From the NCBI RefSeq assembly GCF_018977255.1, contig NW_024704743.1, forward strand, positions 11,782,001 through 11,846,000: DNA of 64,000 bases, given 5' to 3'. The notes under the pieces are model-generated. The model was not told the origin of the DNA. It searched no databases and saw only the letters and a list, made by a program, of their open reading frames with translations. The position numbers and the translations under genes are program-made. Of this stretch, positions 23,319-37,277 are shown in pieces (the first letter of the stretch is position 1; every line of letters begins with the position of its first letter). This stretch comes from Callorhinchus milii. Lineage: Eukaryota.

Positions 23319-24435
23319 TTTATTTATATATAAGGCCAGACTTTTATTTTTGCAGTGGTGTTTGTTTGGTCTTCAATTTTCTGAGATTCTATTGCTTTCA
23401 TTCAAAATTAGACATTTCTAGCTTTTAACCAACCTGAGTTTATATGTAATATAAAATTTTACTTCAAGAAGTAGAAGACAAGTTTCAATTTCTGGCTTTG
23501 AGTCACTATTATAATGATCCTTTTGTTTGATGTGTCACCCATTTCTGTATGTCAAAACATCTCAAAGTGCTTCAAAGGGCTTTTGTGTTCAGTGTAGTGA
23601 CTGTATTTGTGGGCAAATGCAACACACATGAGGCACACATAAACAGCCACAAATGGAATGACCTTCTCTAAGATCTTTACCTGAAGAGGGAATTTGCAGG
23701 AACTCTTTCATGTCTCATCCGAAGGACAGCACCTTCAATGCAATGCAGCGCTCACCCCAGCACCGCAATGGAGTGTCAGCCTAGACAAGGAGCTCAAAGA
23801 CCTGACTCAGAGGTGAGAGTCCCAGGCTTTTCATCACAAGTGCACTCCTCACACATGTACTTTCTGAATGTGATAGAAATAACTTCTTCACTTCCACGCC
23901 GATTATGTTATGTAGTTCAGGAATAGCTTTTTTTTCCTTTCGTAAATTGATCCCTAGTTTATGCGATGAATCTCTGGCAGGCTGTAAAAAAAAATTTCCC
24001 ACCACAATTTAAAAATGACTTAATCCAATTTCTCCAAGCCCTATTTATATATGTCCAAGCAGAATGCTTTACTGAGCACACAATGCATTAAACATGATTA
24101 ATTGCATTTCCTATACATTGTGTTACACTACACATACCCTTGCCAGATGTTTCAATTCACATTCTCAAACTTTTGTCAGCTTCTGTAGCAGAGTATAATA
24201 AATAATAATACATACAATGGTACACCACAAAAATAGGCCTTTCAGCTAAACTAGTCATTACAAGTGTTTATGTTCAACACGAGTACGAGCCTCTATCCCC
24301 TCCATTCCCTGCAATAGTAATCCTTACATTTGATAAAGCACCTTTTAGGTCAAGAGGACGTTTCAAAGCAGATGTCCTCCGGACATGAAAGGCACTTTCC
24401 AAATGTAATTTGTATTGTATTGTATTTTTCTGTGT

Positions 24436-25562
24436 ATCATAGAATTATACAGCACAAAAGGAGACCATGCGGCCCATCATGTCTGCTGGCTCTTTTTGAA
24501 AAGAGCTATCCAAATCAATCCCATTCCACCCACACTCTCCCCATAGTCCTGCAATCTTGTCCTCCCCAAATAATTATCTACTTTTCTCTTAAAAGTTGTT
24601 ATCGAATCAGCTTCCACCACCCTTTCAGGCAATGCATTCCAGATCCGAACAACTCGCTATTATCCGAAAAACTTCTATTAAGTCTCGTCTTAACCTTCTC
24701 TGCTCCAAGGAGAATAATCCTAGCTTCTCTATCCTCTCCTGACAATTGAAGTCCCTAATTCCTGGTACCATTCTGGTAAATCTCCTTTGCACCCTCTCCA
24801 ATGCTTGACATCCTTCCTAAAGTGTGGTGCCCAGAACTGAACACAGTCTCTCGCTGAGGCCTAACCAGTGTTTGATAAAGGTTCATCATAACTTCCTGAC
24901 TTTTGTATTCTATGCCCCTATTTATAAAGCTTAATATCCCATATGCTTTTTTAACAGCTTTATCAATCTGTCCTGCACCTTCAAAGATTTACTTATATGA
25001 ACCCTCAGGTCTCTCTGTTCCTTCACCCCCTTTAAGATTACACCATCAGCTGATATTGCCTCTCCTCATTCTTCCTCCCAAAATCCCTCACTTTGCATTT
25101 CTCCACATGAAACTTCATCTGCCACGTGTTTGCCCATTTTACTAATCTGTCTATGTCCTCTTCCAGTCTGCTACTATCCTCCTCACTTTTTACTACTTTT
25201 CCTAGCTCAGTATCATCTGCAAACATGGAAATTATACTCCCGATACCCAAGTCCAGGTTATTTTAAGAAAGAAGTGGATCATTATTTGGGGAGGACAAGC
25301 TTGCAGGGCTATGGGGAAAGAGCAGGGAAGTAGGATTGATTTCGAAGCTCTTTTCAAAGAGCCAGCACAGGCACAATGGCCGAATGGCCTCTTTCTGTGC
25401 TGTATAATTCTATGATTCTATGATTTACAAAGATCAAAAAGAGCAATGAATCCTAATACCGACCCCTGGGGGACACCACTTCATACTTTCCTCTAGTCAG
25501 AAAAACAACTGTTCACCACCACTCTCTGCTTTCTGTCTCCCAGCCAGTTCTGTATCCATGCT
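24436..25562 (-). mobile_element. CR1 LINE 3' part, interrupted by an opposite-strand CR1 3' end
   Basis: [33 protein letters not shown] near 25455-25480; tail near 24437. Confidence 0.88.
25259..25425 (+). mobile_element. Short CR1 3' end nested in CR1
   Basis: ggccgaatggcctc...attctatgattctatg, the canonical CR1 octamer tail. Confidence 0.85.
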
Positions 25563-25679
25563 TTGAAGGGTGGTGAGTGTATTGTTTGTTGTTATTGTAT
25601 CGTGCATGTAAGCCTGATAGCAAAAAAAGAATTATTTTAAAAGACAATTTCATAGATGCTCTCTTAGAAATCCTTTTAT

Positions 25680-25960
25680 GCCCTGGTGTATCCCTATCTT
25701 TTTTACCCGCTTACTCCTCACTCCACCACCAGCCCCCTCAACTTGGCTGGCTTTGGACTCCTGCTTGTCTTTCATCCTTCCACCCCACCATCGGTTGTCA
25801 TGTTTTCAGCCGTTACGCCCTGAAACGTTCGAACTCTCTCCCTCAAGCTTTCTACCTTGCCCTCACCTTCTCCATTTTCAGATCACGATTGAAGTCCTTC
25901 CTCTTCGTCCTCTATCACGGTCACCTCTCCTTTCTCCACGCTCGATGTCAGACTCCATCA
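25680..25960 (+). mobile_element. L2 3' fragment (old)
   Basis: PTIGCHVFSRYA..FRSRLKSFLF. Confidence 0.7.
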
Positions 25961-27619
25961 CTGTTCCTTCAAAATAATTCCTTCAAAAAAAAGGTAATAA
26001 TAAATTGATCACTTCAATCCACGACTGTTTGTGGGACACTGCTGTGTGCAATTCACTTTGCAGTATATTCTGTGAAGCGCTTTGAGATCTCTCAATTATA
26101 TGATAAGGCCCTATATCAAATGCAAGGATTATTAGTATCCTTGAGATACATCCCTATGTGAAGGGCGCTATATAAATGTCAGTTGGTGTTTTTGTTCTTG
26201 AAAAGAAAGGCTATTAAAGCACATGGAGGAGTGCGGCATTATGTGTAGGTGCCTCATAACAGGGAGAATAATAATAATCCTTATATTTCATATAGCGCCT
26301 TTCACATCGAGAGAACTTCTCAAAACGCTTCACAGAATAAAATCCAGTGACTCTATGGTTTATGGGCAATTGCAGCAGCCAACTTGTGCACAGCAGTGTC
26401 CCACAAACAGTCATGAAGCGAATGGTCAATTTTATTTGGATTGTTGGCCATGACAGGGTTAAGCAATGAAATAAGTGGAAATTAAATGAAAACTTGGATC
26501 AGTTAGCAGCGCTCTCTTTTCTGAGTCAGAAGGTTGGAGGTTCAAGCCCCATATCAGGATTTTCAGCTCATAGTTGTAGCACTTCAGTGCAGTTCTGCAC
26601 TGATGTTAAAGATCTTTTGGTCAGCCGCATGTCTGACACATGCGGAAACTATGTTTAAAAATATCCAGACCACACTGAGAGTTCCACGTATGCCAATACA
26701 CATAGAGTTTCTCCTGCCATCCTGGACAACAATTCCCCAAATTCACTTTGATTAAAAAATATATATAATAATGAAATTGATCATTCACTTCATGGCTGTT
26801 TGTGGGACACTGCTATGTGCAAATTGTCTGCTATTTGTGTACAAAATAATAATCCTTGCATTTTTTTACACCATCATGACACTTGAAGCACCTTTGATAG
26901 TATAGCTGCTGTATCAAGTGCGAGAATCAAGTGCATCAAGTCCTGTAGCGTATTGATTAGAGCTCGGGAACAAACAACAACTTGTATTTATACAGTACCC
27001 TTCACGCAGGGCAGCATCTTGTGGTGCTTAACAGTGGCGGAGCCGAACACTGAGGTGAGGGGAGTAAGGAGGTGACCATGAGCTTGGTCAAAGAAGAAGG
27101 TTTTCAGTCATGATCTAAAAGAGGGGAAGGAGGTGGCAAGATGCCTTGGATGTCTTTTATTGGTGTTGTAACAAGCTTCTTTTTAGATGACTCCCAGATT
27201 CCTGGTCTCTACTACTTTCCCTGGTAACCTGCTCCAGTTATTGAGTTATTCAGCAAAGAAAAGAGGTGCTCAAATTGTCTAGATCTAAGCTGATCCTAAT
27301 TTTATCTGGGGGATTGTCGGGCAGGATAATGGTAGAAGTTCCCTTCTCTTTTCAAATAATGCCACAGGATCTTTATCAACAACAATAACAAAATTACACT
27401 TGTATAGCACCTTTCACGTCAGGAGGATGTCCCAAGGCGTCCTGGACAGTGCAAGCTGGACAGTCAGTGTTTTGGACATCCAGTTTTAATGTCCAGCTCA
27501 ACAGCCAAACCTCAGTTTAACAGCTCATTCTAATAGACGGCACCTCCAACAATGCAATATTCTCCCAGTGCTACACTTGAGAGTTGGCTTAGACTGTAGC
27601 TCAAACAACAGCAAATTAC

Positions 27620-27985
27620 ATTTTGTCAATTTGAGGTATGGAGGTACTGATGGGAGCCAAAGAGGAGGGCCTCAGTTTTGTTGACATTCAACTGTAGAAA
27701 GTTAGCTCTCATCCAGGACTTGATGACAGACAATCCATCAGGACAGCAGTGGTCCTGGAGTCGAGGGTGGAGGCAGAGAAATAGAGTTGGGTGTCATCTG
27801 CATATACGTGGAAGCTGACCCCATGTCTGTGGATGATGTCACAAAGAGGGAGTGTGAACATGTTGAAGAGGAGGATCAAGGACAGCTCTGAGGAACACCG
27901 AATAAGATGGTGTGGGGCTGGAGGAGAAGCTATTTGTGGAGACAAATTGGAGATGATGGGAAAGGTGAGATGTATACCAGACAAG
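27620..27985 (-). mobile_element. L2 RT fragment
   Basis: [24 protein letters not shown]. Confidence 0.85.
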
Positions 27986-28757
27986 GGTAGAACCGTGAAA
28001 ACTCACAAATTGAGCTTTCAAGGCTTATACTCACGACCTTCTGATTCAAAGGTGAGAGTGCTACAAAACTGAGCCAAGGCTGACACTTTTTAAGTGTCCA
28101 TCACGTAGCCTTCAAAAAGTAATGAAGAGAGAAACCATGCAACAAATGACAGTCAATATCTTTGCATCCAAAGTCCATGCAAATTAAGAAATCCATTTAA
28201 CATTTTATGCGTAACTCTCAGAAGAAAGATCCCGGCTTGCAAATTATTGAAACTGTTGTCTTGACGATGGGAATTAAGTAGCAAAAAATGCCATAAATCA
28301 CTGCACCAACAAAATATACAGAATAGCTGCATTTTTTTCATTACCTCCCCCCAGCCCAGCATTTAACTGCCAGTATGTGTAAGCAGTCAGCCACCAGTGG
28401 TAAACACTGAGTGTAGAGAAAGGCAATACAGTAAAGTAAGTAACGCAGGAATGCTGCGAGATTTTTCAGCTGCAAAGTATTCAAGTGTGCTCTCGGGGAG
28501 AGAACTGAGCAAGTGGCCTTCCCAAAGAGCATGCAAGCTGGGTTAGCAGCCCCATTTGGCAAAGGTCAGACAACAGATGTTACTATATCGATATTAAAGG
28601 TGTTTAATGTACTTTATATTTAATATATATTTAATATATTTTACTTTTATATGAAATGCGCTATGTATATTGTATTATTTTAACAATTATAATAATAATC
28701 CTTCCATTTGATATTGATAAGGCACCTCATTATGTTGTCAAAACATTTCGAAGCGCA

Positions 28758-30020
28758 TCAACAACAACAACAACTTGGATTCATACAGCGCCCTCCACGC
28801 TGGATGGCGTCTCAGAGCACTTTACAGTAACGGATCCCGGGACCGAGCCAGGGGGAGGGGGGTGAAGGTGACCAAAGGCGCAGTCGAAAAGAAAGGTCTT
28901 CAGCAGAGACCTGAAAATGGGAAAGGAGGGAGCGAGACAAAGGCAGTGAGGAAGGCAGTTCCAGAGCCTCGGCTGGCTTCAGTGGCTGAAGGCACGGCCG
29001 CCGAGGGTGGAGTGTAGGACTCGGGGGAGGAGGAGGAGGCCAGACCCGGAGGAACGAAGGCAAGGGGTACTGTTTTGAGGAGAGAGGAGGTCAGAGAGGT
29101 AGGGGGTGCAGAGGAGTGCATGGACTTGAATACGAGGGTGAGGATCTTGAAATCGATCCTCTCTGGGATAGGGAGTCAGTGCAGTCTGGCAAGGACTGGG
29201 GTGATCAGGGAGCGGAGCTTCGTGCGGGTGAGAATGCGGGCGGCAGAGTTTTGAATGATTTCGATTTTATGGATGGTAGTGGAGGGGAGACCGGTGAGGA
29301 GGGCATTAGAGTAGTCCAGCCGAGAGGTGACAAAGGCATGGACCAGGGTTTCGGCGGCTTTTGGAGAGAGGTATTGGCGGAAACGGGCGATGCATCGGAG
29401 GTGGAAGAAAGCGGTGCTGGTGAGGGACCGGATGTAGGGGAGGAAGGATAATTGGGGGTCGAACCTGATGCCTAGGTTGTGTACGGGTTCGGAGAGTTTT
29501 AGGGGGAGGTCGAGTAGGTGGAGGAGATGAGAGCCGTGAGATTTTAAACATTGACGAGAGCCAAAGAATATGGCTTCCGTCTTGTCAACGTTCAGCTGAA
29601 GGAAGTTTGCGCTCATCCAGCCCCTGAGATCTGACAGGCAGGCTGACAGAACATCAGGGGACTGGGGATCACAAAGAGAGGTGGAAAAATAGAGTTGGGT
29701 GTCATCTGCAGACATGTGGAAATGTACCCCATGTCTGCGGATGACATCCCCAAGAGGGAGCATATAGATCAGAAAGAGGAGGGGGCCAAGGATGGATCCT
29801 CGGGGTACCCCGCAGGCAACCCAGTGAGAGCGGGAGGAGAAGCCGTTTGTGCAGATGTACTGCTGGTGGTTTGTGAGGTAGGACTTGAACCGGGCGAGTG
29901 CGGTCCCACTGAGGTGGATGATGGAGGAAAGGGGGTGGAGGAGGATGGCGCGATTGACTGTGTCGAACGCAGCAGAGTATCCAGGAGGACAAGGAGGCAG
30001 AGGGAGCCCTGGTCACAGAT
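28758..30020 (-). mobile_element. L2 LINE 3' part
   Basis: [35 protein letters not shown]; (TTG)n tail near 28760. Confidence 0.9.
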
Positions 30021-31589
30021 AGACCACTATAAATCACTATAACAACTGTGTGGTTGTATCCCTCCGCCTTGCCCTCTTCTTCCCCATCTTCAGGTCATGG
30101 CTGAAGACCTTCCTCTTCGACCGTGCTTATGGTCACCTCTCCCCGGTTTGGCACCATGTAACCCCACTGTCAAGCGTTCTGGGACACTACCTTCATGAAA
30201 AGCGCAATATAAATGCAAGTTGTTATTGTTGTACATGAATGTAGGTAACAGAAAATAACTTGCATTTATATAGCATGTTCATATGGGTTAGCATCTCAGA
30301 GTATAGATAATGCACAAGGCCAGTTTCGGGTAGTCTCGGCTTGTTTGCTTTGCTGCCATCTCTTTCCGATAGCTTGTTCAGTGATGTTCCAGATCCAATG
30401 TTGTAGTTTTTTACAGTGAAATTCCCAAATAGTGTGACAACCCGGCTCGGTTGGAAGCATACTCACCTCTGTGTCATGAAGGTTGTGGGTGCAAGCCCCA
30501 TGTCAGGATTTGGAGTTCATATATTCTAGGCTGACACTCCAGTACAGTGCTAAGGGTGTTGGAGATGCCATCCTTCAGATGACTTAAACCAAAGTCCTGT
30601 GCGTGTCTGTTCCATTGGATTCTGATTTAAAGATCCTGAGGCACACTTTATGATAATAATAATTCTTGCTTTTATATAGTGACTTATCAAGTCGTTGAGA
30701 CGTCTCAAAGCGCTTCACAGAATATGCTGTAAAGTGGATTGACTGTATATTTTGTAGGCGTAATGTGGCAGCCAATTGCACACAGCAGTGCCCTTGCTGT
30801 GTGCAATCGTGGATTGAGTGATCATTTTTGGTGGGCAGGGATTATAACCTCCAGAAAACTATCTGCCAATTGACTAACAACTAGGTCCTTACTCACTGCT
30901 AGATAAACAGAGTTACCTCTACATAAATAGAGGTGTATGGAGTAATGAAACTTTAATAGAACCAGGGTCCTCTCACGAGTATGAAAACTATGAAAACTTC
31001 CTGGTGTCTATAAATTGCAACTCTCCCCCTATACCCTCTTGTTCTACTATCTCAGAGCATCCTAAAGTTTTGTTTTGGGGTTACTTTTTCAATCCGAATA
31101 ACATTTTATACACCTCTATATGATTCCCTTTGAGTCTCCATGAGACTTTTTCTATCAAAACTGAACAGCCCTAGCTTGTCTAATCGTTGTTCCTAACTTA
31201 GTTTTCTCACTCAGCTCCTGTTAATCCTTCTTAGCAAAGCCATAACGGATAGAGGTGTCCCAGCCAGACAAGCAGTGGGAAGCTTGCCAGATGGTGCTGC
31301 CAATACAAGCTGTGTGGTTTTAGTTGGTTAAACTCCAGCAGTTACTCCCAATTCTGTTGGGGTTATTCCATGTCATCTTTTCCTTCTAACTGCAGCAGGG
31401 CAGCCAGGCTGAGAGGGACAAGTCCACCCAACTGAGACAGTGGTATGGGAGCTGTCAGGGCGGCCAGTGGTGGGATTGAGGCTCACCAGGCAAAGTACCC
31501 AGTCAAGTACTGTCACTGGCCAGGCTGAAATTGTGGTTACTGTCATAATATTAATATTTTTGCATTTGATACAACACGTTTCACATTAG

Positions 31590-31915
31590 GAGGATGTTCT
31601 GTAGAATAGTGGTTATCACGTTTGCCTTGCAAGTGAGAGGACCAAGCTGGGTGAAACCTTAGGCAAGCTTCCTTACTCCACACGCCTCTGTTTACCGAGC
31701 AGTAAATAGGAGCCCGGTTGTTAGTGGATTGACGGATCTCTTTCCGGGGGTAATAATCCTTCAAAAAAAAAGATAATTTGGTTAGTCAATCTACGACTGT
31801 TGGTGGGACACTGTTGTGCGCAATTGGCTACGGCTTTTTGCCCACAAAATATACAGTCAAAACCACTTTACAATATATCCTGTAAAGCACTTTGAGACGA
31901 CTCAACAACATGATA
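31590..31915 (+). mobile_element. tRNA-derived SINE, older long variant
   Basis: aaccttaggcaagcttccttactccacacgcctctgtttaccgagcagtaaataggagcccgg..., with the same 3' half as the young SINE. Confidence 0.8.
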
Positions 31916-33400
31916 CAATACAATTGGGGCTGGGTTAAGGGAGGGTGGAGGGCAGGAGGGTGACCGAAGGTACAGTTGAAAAGGAGGGTCTTGAGATGTG
32001 CCTTGAAGAAGGCAAGGGAGGGAACGAGGTGAAGGGAATGTGGGATGGAGTTCCAAAGTCGGGGACGGAGAGACTGAAGGCCCGACCGCCGATGGTGGGG
32101 TGGGCCGGGCAGGGAACATGGAGCAGGCCACAGCCTGCTGAGCGGAGGGAGCGGACAGGTTAATATAGGGCCAGCAGGTCACAGAGGTAGGGAGGGGCAA
32201 GGCCGTGGAGGGCCTTGAAGGCGAAGCAGGAGGAATTTGAACTCTATCCTCTGGGGGATGGGGAACCAGTGGAGCTGGGCGAGGGTGGGGGTGACAGGTG
32301 CACGGAACTTCGTGCAGAAGAGAACACAAGCTGCAGAGTTCTGGATGATCTGCAGCTTGTGGAGGGAAGAGTTGGGAAGGCCGACGAGCAGGGAGTTGGA
32401 GTAGTCAAACCTAGATGTGATGAATGCATGGATGAATGTTTCGGCGGCCTGAGGAGTGAGGCAGTGGCAGAGTTGGGGGAAGGCAGAACAAGTCATGGCA
32501 CGGATGTGGGGTAGAAAGGATAGTTAAGGGTCAAACAAGACACCAAGCTTCCGGACTGGCTTAGTAAGGTGGAGTGTGCATCCTTGAATGTTGATAATGT
32601 CAGTGCCTGAGGTGTGGAGGTGCTGACAGGAGCCAATCAGGAGAGCCTCGGTCTTGTTGACCTTCAACTATAGAAAGTTGGTTCTCATCCAGGACTTGAT
32701 GCCTGACAGACATTCTGTCAGGACAGCAGTGGTCCTTGAGTCGAGGGTGGAGGCAGAGAGGTACAGTTGGGTGTCATCCGTATACATGTGGAAGGTGAAC
32801 CAATGTCTGTGGATGGTGTCACCAAGTGGGAGCATATAGATATTGAAGGGGAGGGGACCAAGGGATGAGAGGAGAAGCCATTTGTGGAGATGAAGTAGAC
32901 AAGGTATGAGAGTTGGGATCTGAACCACTCAAGAATAGAATCATGAAGGTTGAGGTGAGAGGAGAGGCGGTGGAGGAGGATAGAGTGGTCAACAGTATCG
33001 AAGGCAGCAGAGAGGTCAAGGAGGATGAGGAGGCAGTGGGAGCCCTGGTCGCAGATGGACAAAATGTCATTTGTCACTTTGATCAAAGCTGTTTCTGTAC
33101 TGTGGGCGGCACAGAAACCCGATTGTTCCAGGACCTTGGAGAGGAAACGGAGGTTGGAGATGGGGCAGTAGTTTGAGAGCAGAGATAGGTCAAGGGAGGG
33201 TTTTTTAAGGATACGAGTGATGATGGCTGTTTTTAAAGGGGTGGAAATGGTGCCAATGGACAGGGAGGGGTTCATGATGAGTAGGGTGAGCAAGGAGATG
33301 GAACTGGGAGGCAAGGAGAGGAGTAAGGATGGGGTCCAGAGAGCAAGTGGTGAGTTTCATGTTGGTTATAGTGGTGGTGAAAGAGGAGGGGGAGACAATG
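31916..33400 (-). mobile_element. L2 LINE fragment (RT)
   Basis: [45 protein letters not shown]. Confidence 0.9.
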
Positions 33401-33409
33401 ATTATTGTT

Positions 33410-33795
33410 ATGTCTCAAAGCTCTTCACAGGGTTTAGACTTTACTGTAAAGTGTAGTGACTTTTTGTTTGCAGACCAATATGGCAGCCAATTTGCACACA
33501 GCAATGTTAAAAACAAACAGCCATAAGTGAATGCAAATTTTATTTGACGGATTGTCGGCCAGGACTCCGGGAGAAACTCACTCTTTTTGACTAGCACCAT
33601 GGGATCTTTAACATTCACCTGAACAGGCAGACGGTTTAATGTCTCATCCGAAAGACAGCAACTTGAACAATACAGCATAACCTCACCTTTGAATTGGAAT
33701 GTCAGCCTAGACCACATGAGATCATGATGCGGGGCTTGAACCCAAAACCTTCTTACTCGGAGGAGAAACTGCTACCAACTAAGCCAAGCTGACAC
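33410..33795 (-). mobile_element. Deu-domain SINE, near full length
   Basis: tRNA-like head (cagcttggcttagttggtagc..gggttcaagccc on minus) plus Deu core cggatgagacattaaaccg. Confidence 0.8.
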
Positions 33796-34217
33796 ACAAA
33801 ATATTTTGCCACTGAAAGAAGAAGTCAAAAATCACCATCTTCAAATTGAAACTGTCTTCGGAGATTAGACTTTGTGTATGTTTGACATTGTAAAATTTAA
33901 ATGAATATTACCCTCAAAACTTAAGCAACAACTTCATATATTTGTATTTATAAAGGCAACTTTTACCTGTGGGAGGGAATGTCTCACAATAATTCACAAA
34001 AGCCCAAACTCGGAAAGACATGGTGCAGAAAGATGGGGTTGGAGAATAGCGGAGAGGTGGCCGAAGGCATAGTCAAACAGAGAGAGTTTTTTAATGGGGA
34101 TTTGAAAGTAGAGAGGGAGGGGAAGGTGGAGAGATTTCAGGAGGTCCAGAGAGCAGGGACAAAGTAGCTGAAAATTTGTCCAATGATATTGGGGCATAGT
34201 GGGCAGGAGGCATAAAG

Positions 34218-35260
34218 TATGTGGTGAGTATATTGGTTAGAGTATTTACAAGCGAGAGGATCCGGGTCCGATTCCCGGGCAGGGTGTAACCTTATGTAAG
34301 TTTCCTTACTCTAACCAGCTCTGTTTACCCAGTAGTAAGTAGGAACCAGGTTGTTAGTCGATTATAGAAACATAGAAACAGGAGTAGGCTATTCAGCTCC
34401 TCAAGCCTGTTCTGCTATTTTATAAGAACATGGCTGATCTGTACCTCAAGTCCAGTTACCCGCCCTTTCCCCATATTATTACCCTAATATCTATTTAACT
34501 CTGTTTTGAAAATGTGAATAGAACCAGCATCCACAACCTTTTGGGGGTTTGAGAGTTTCAAATTTCCACTAGCCTTTGGGTGAAAAACTGGCTCCTAATT
34601 TTACTTCTAAATGGCCTAGCTCTAATTTTAAGATTATGTCCCCTTGTTCTGGGTTCCCCTCCCAGAGGAAATAGTTTCTCTGTATCTACCCTATCAAATC
34701 CCTTTATTATATTAAAAACCTCAATCAGATCCCCCTTAACTTTCTAAACTCAAGGGATTACAGACTAAGTTTATGCGACCCCTTCTTATAATGTAACCCT
34801 TTTAGCCCTGGTATCATTATGGTGGATCTGTGTTGCACCCCCTCCAGAACCAATATATCCTTCCTGAGGTGCAGTGCCCAAAACTGAATACGGTACTCCA
34901 GATGGGGTCTGACCAAGGTACTATATAGTTGGAGCATTTCTTCTCCTTTATATTTTAGCCCCCTTGAGATAAAGGACAACACCCCATTAGCCATTTTGAT
35001 ACCTTTTTGCACATGTGAGCTTGTTTTTAATGATCTGAGGATCACTTTTCTGGGGGTAATAATCCCTTCAAAAAATAATTAACAAAATAATAATAATTTG
35101 GACACTCAATCCACGATTGTTTATGGGGCACTGCTATACATAATTGGCTGTCGAGTTTCGACCACAAAATACAGTCACTACACTTTACAATATATTCTGT
35201 TAAGCGCTTAGAGACATCTCAATGACATGATAAGATGATATATCTAATGCAAGGATTATA
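34218..35260 (+). mobile_element. Older tRNA SINE split by a CR1 insertion
   Basis: 5' half 34218-34363 and 3' half 35037-35260 are colinear with the intact copy at 31590-31915. Confidence 0.8.
34364..35036 (-). mobile_element. CR1 LINE 3' part
   Basis: LYSTLVRPHLEYRIQFWA..LEGVQHR; (TTTCTATG)n tail at 34364. Confidence 0.9.
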
Positions 35261-35799
35261 TCAGTTGAGCAGAGTAGATGGAGTGATTGATGGGCTTGCA
35301 AGGGATGGCGGAGGTAGGTGGGGCAACCGTAGAGGCATTTGACGATAAAGGACGAGGATCTTGAGGTCGATCTGTTGGGGGTGCTAGATGATAATGTTAG
35401 ACGTTAGTGTTAGATAGTGACGGGCAGGCAGCTGGAGAGAGACAGTAGGAAAGTCACACATTACACATTTCCTTTCTGACAATTTTCCCCCTCCGGTTTT
35501 CTCTGCAATTGAAAATGTGTCTCAACAAAATTTTGGAATTGAGTCAACCTCTGTGATCATCTCAGTAATCTGGATCCTGAGTCAGGTAGTCAGGAACAAT
35601 TGCCTCTGAGGCAGAAGGTTGTGGGTTCAAGCCCCATGTGGGTACATGAATTCACATCGTCTATTTTGACACTCCAATGCAGTGCTGGGGTAAGTGCTGC
35701 ATAGTTGGAGTTGTCGTCCTTTGGATGAGACATTAAACCAAGGTTATGTCTGCCTGATCAAGTGGACATGACCCAAAGAATCAAAGATTGAAAATACCT

Positions 35800-37270
35800 G
35801 CTTGGCTGCATCCTCCTCCCATATGTCCCCTTCTGCAACTCCAGACCATCTACTCACCCCGCCTTCCACCACGGCCCCTACGACTCCCCACTCCCTACAC
35901 TCCTTTGCCCTGATTACTCCCACCTCTCTCTTAACGACCATCTCCCAGATGAAGCCCAGCACCTGCTACCACGATCCCCTCCCCACCCAGCTGCTGGTCA
36001 CCCAACTCCCCCTCCTCCCAGTTGCCGGCCAACACAATCAACCAGTCGTTCTCCTCAGGTTCTGTTCCTCTCCCCCTTAAAACTACAGTCATCACTCCAT
36101 CCTCAACAAACCCACCCTCCAACCTCCCAAATTACTGACCTATTACCAACCTGCCCTTCCTTGCCAAAGCTCTGGAACGCATTATCACTAATCAGCTTTA
36201 CTCTTTCCTCTCCCTCCACTGCCTCCTTGAGCCCCTTCAGTCTGGTTTGCGCCCTGGTCATAGCACAGAGACAGCGCTTGTCAAGCTCACAAATGACATC
36301 CTCTCTCCACAGAGAGAGGTCACAACCAGGGCTCCCTCTTCTTCCTTATCCTCCTGGATCAGTCTACCATGTTTGCTCCATCCTTGCCCCCCTCCTCTTC
36401 CTCATCTATATGCTCCCTCTTGGCGATGTCATTTGCAGACATGTGGTAAACTTCCACATGTATGCGGATGACACACAAATCTACTTGTCCTCCAGCTGCG
36501 ACTCCAGGTCCGCCGATGTTCTCTCTGCTTGTCTGGCGGACATCAGGACCTGGATGAGTGAAAACTTCCTACAACTCATGTTGACAAATTGGAAACCATA
36601 TTTATTGGCTTCCGTCAACGTCTTCTATCCTGCGGCTCTGACCTCCTCAACTTCCCCGGTCTATCCCTCAGACTTACCAAACCAGTATGCAATCTAGGCA
36701 TCGGGTTCGACCCACAGGTGTCCTTCCTTCCCCATATCCACCACATTGCCCGCCTCCAACCACACCTTACCCCAGACGCAAAACACTCCATACATTTGTC
36801 ACCTCCCAACTCAATTTTTCAAATATCCTCTTTGCCAGTCTCTCCAGCTCCACCATATATGAGATCCCGCTGATCCAAATCTCTGCTGCCCACATACTCA
36901 CCCGTACTAAACTCTCTACCCCCATCACAGCAGTTCCAGCCAGGCTCCACTGGCTCCCTATCGCCAAATGGATCGATTTCAAGATCCTCACACTCATTTT
37001 CAAATCCCTTCATGGCCTGGCACCTCCCTACCTCTCAGACTGACTTACCCCCCAACTCTCCACCTCCGTTCGTCTGGCTCCAGCCTTCTGCGTCTCCCTC
37101 ATTCCCTCCATTCCACCATTGGTGGCCACACTTTCAGCCACTAGGCCCTGAAACTCTGGAACACATTTCCTCTATCCCTCCGCCTTGCGCCTTTCCTTCC
37201 CCATCTTGAGGTCACGTTTTCTGATTCAACCGCGCCTACAGTCACACCCCTGGTCCACCGGGTCGGCCAC
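35800..37270 (+). mobile_element. Old L2 LINE fragment
   Basis: [39 protein letters not shown]. Confidence 0.88.
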
Positions 37271-37277
37271 TATCAAG

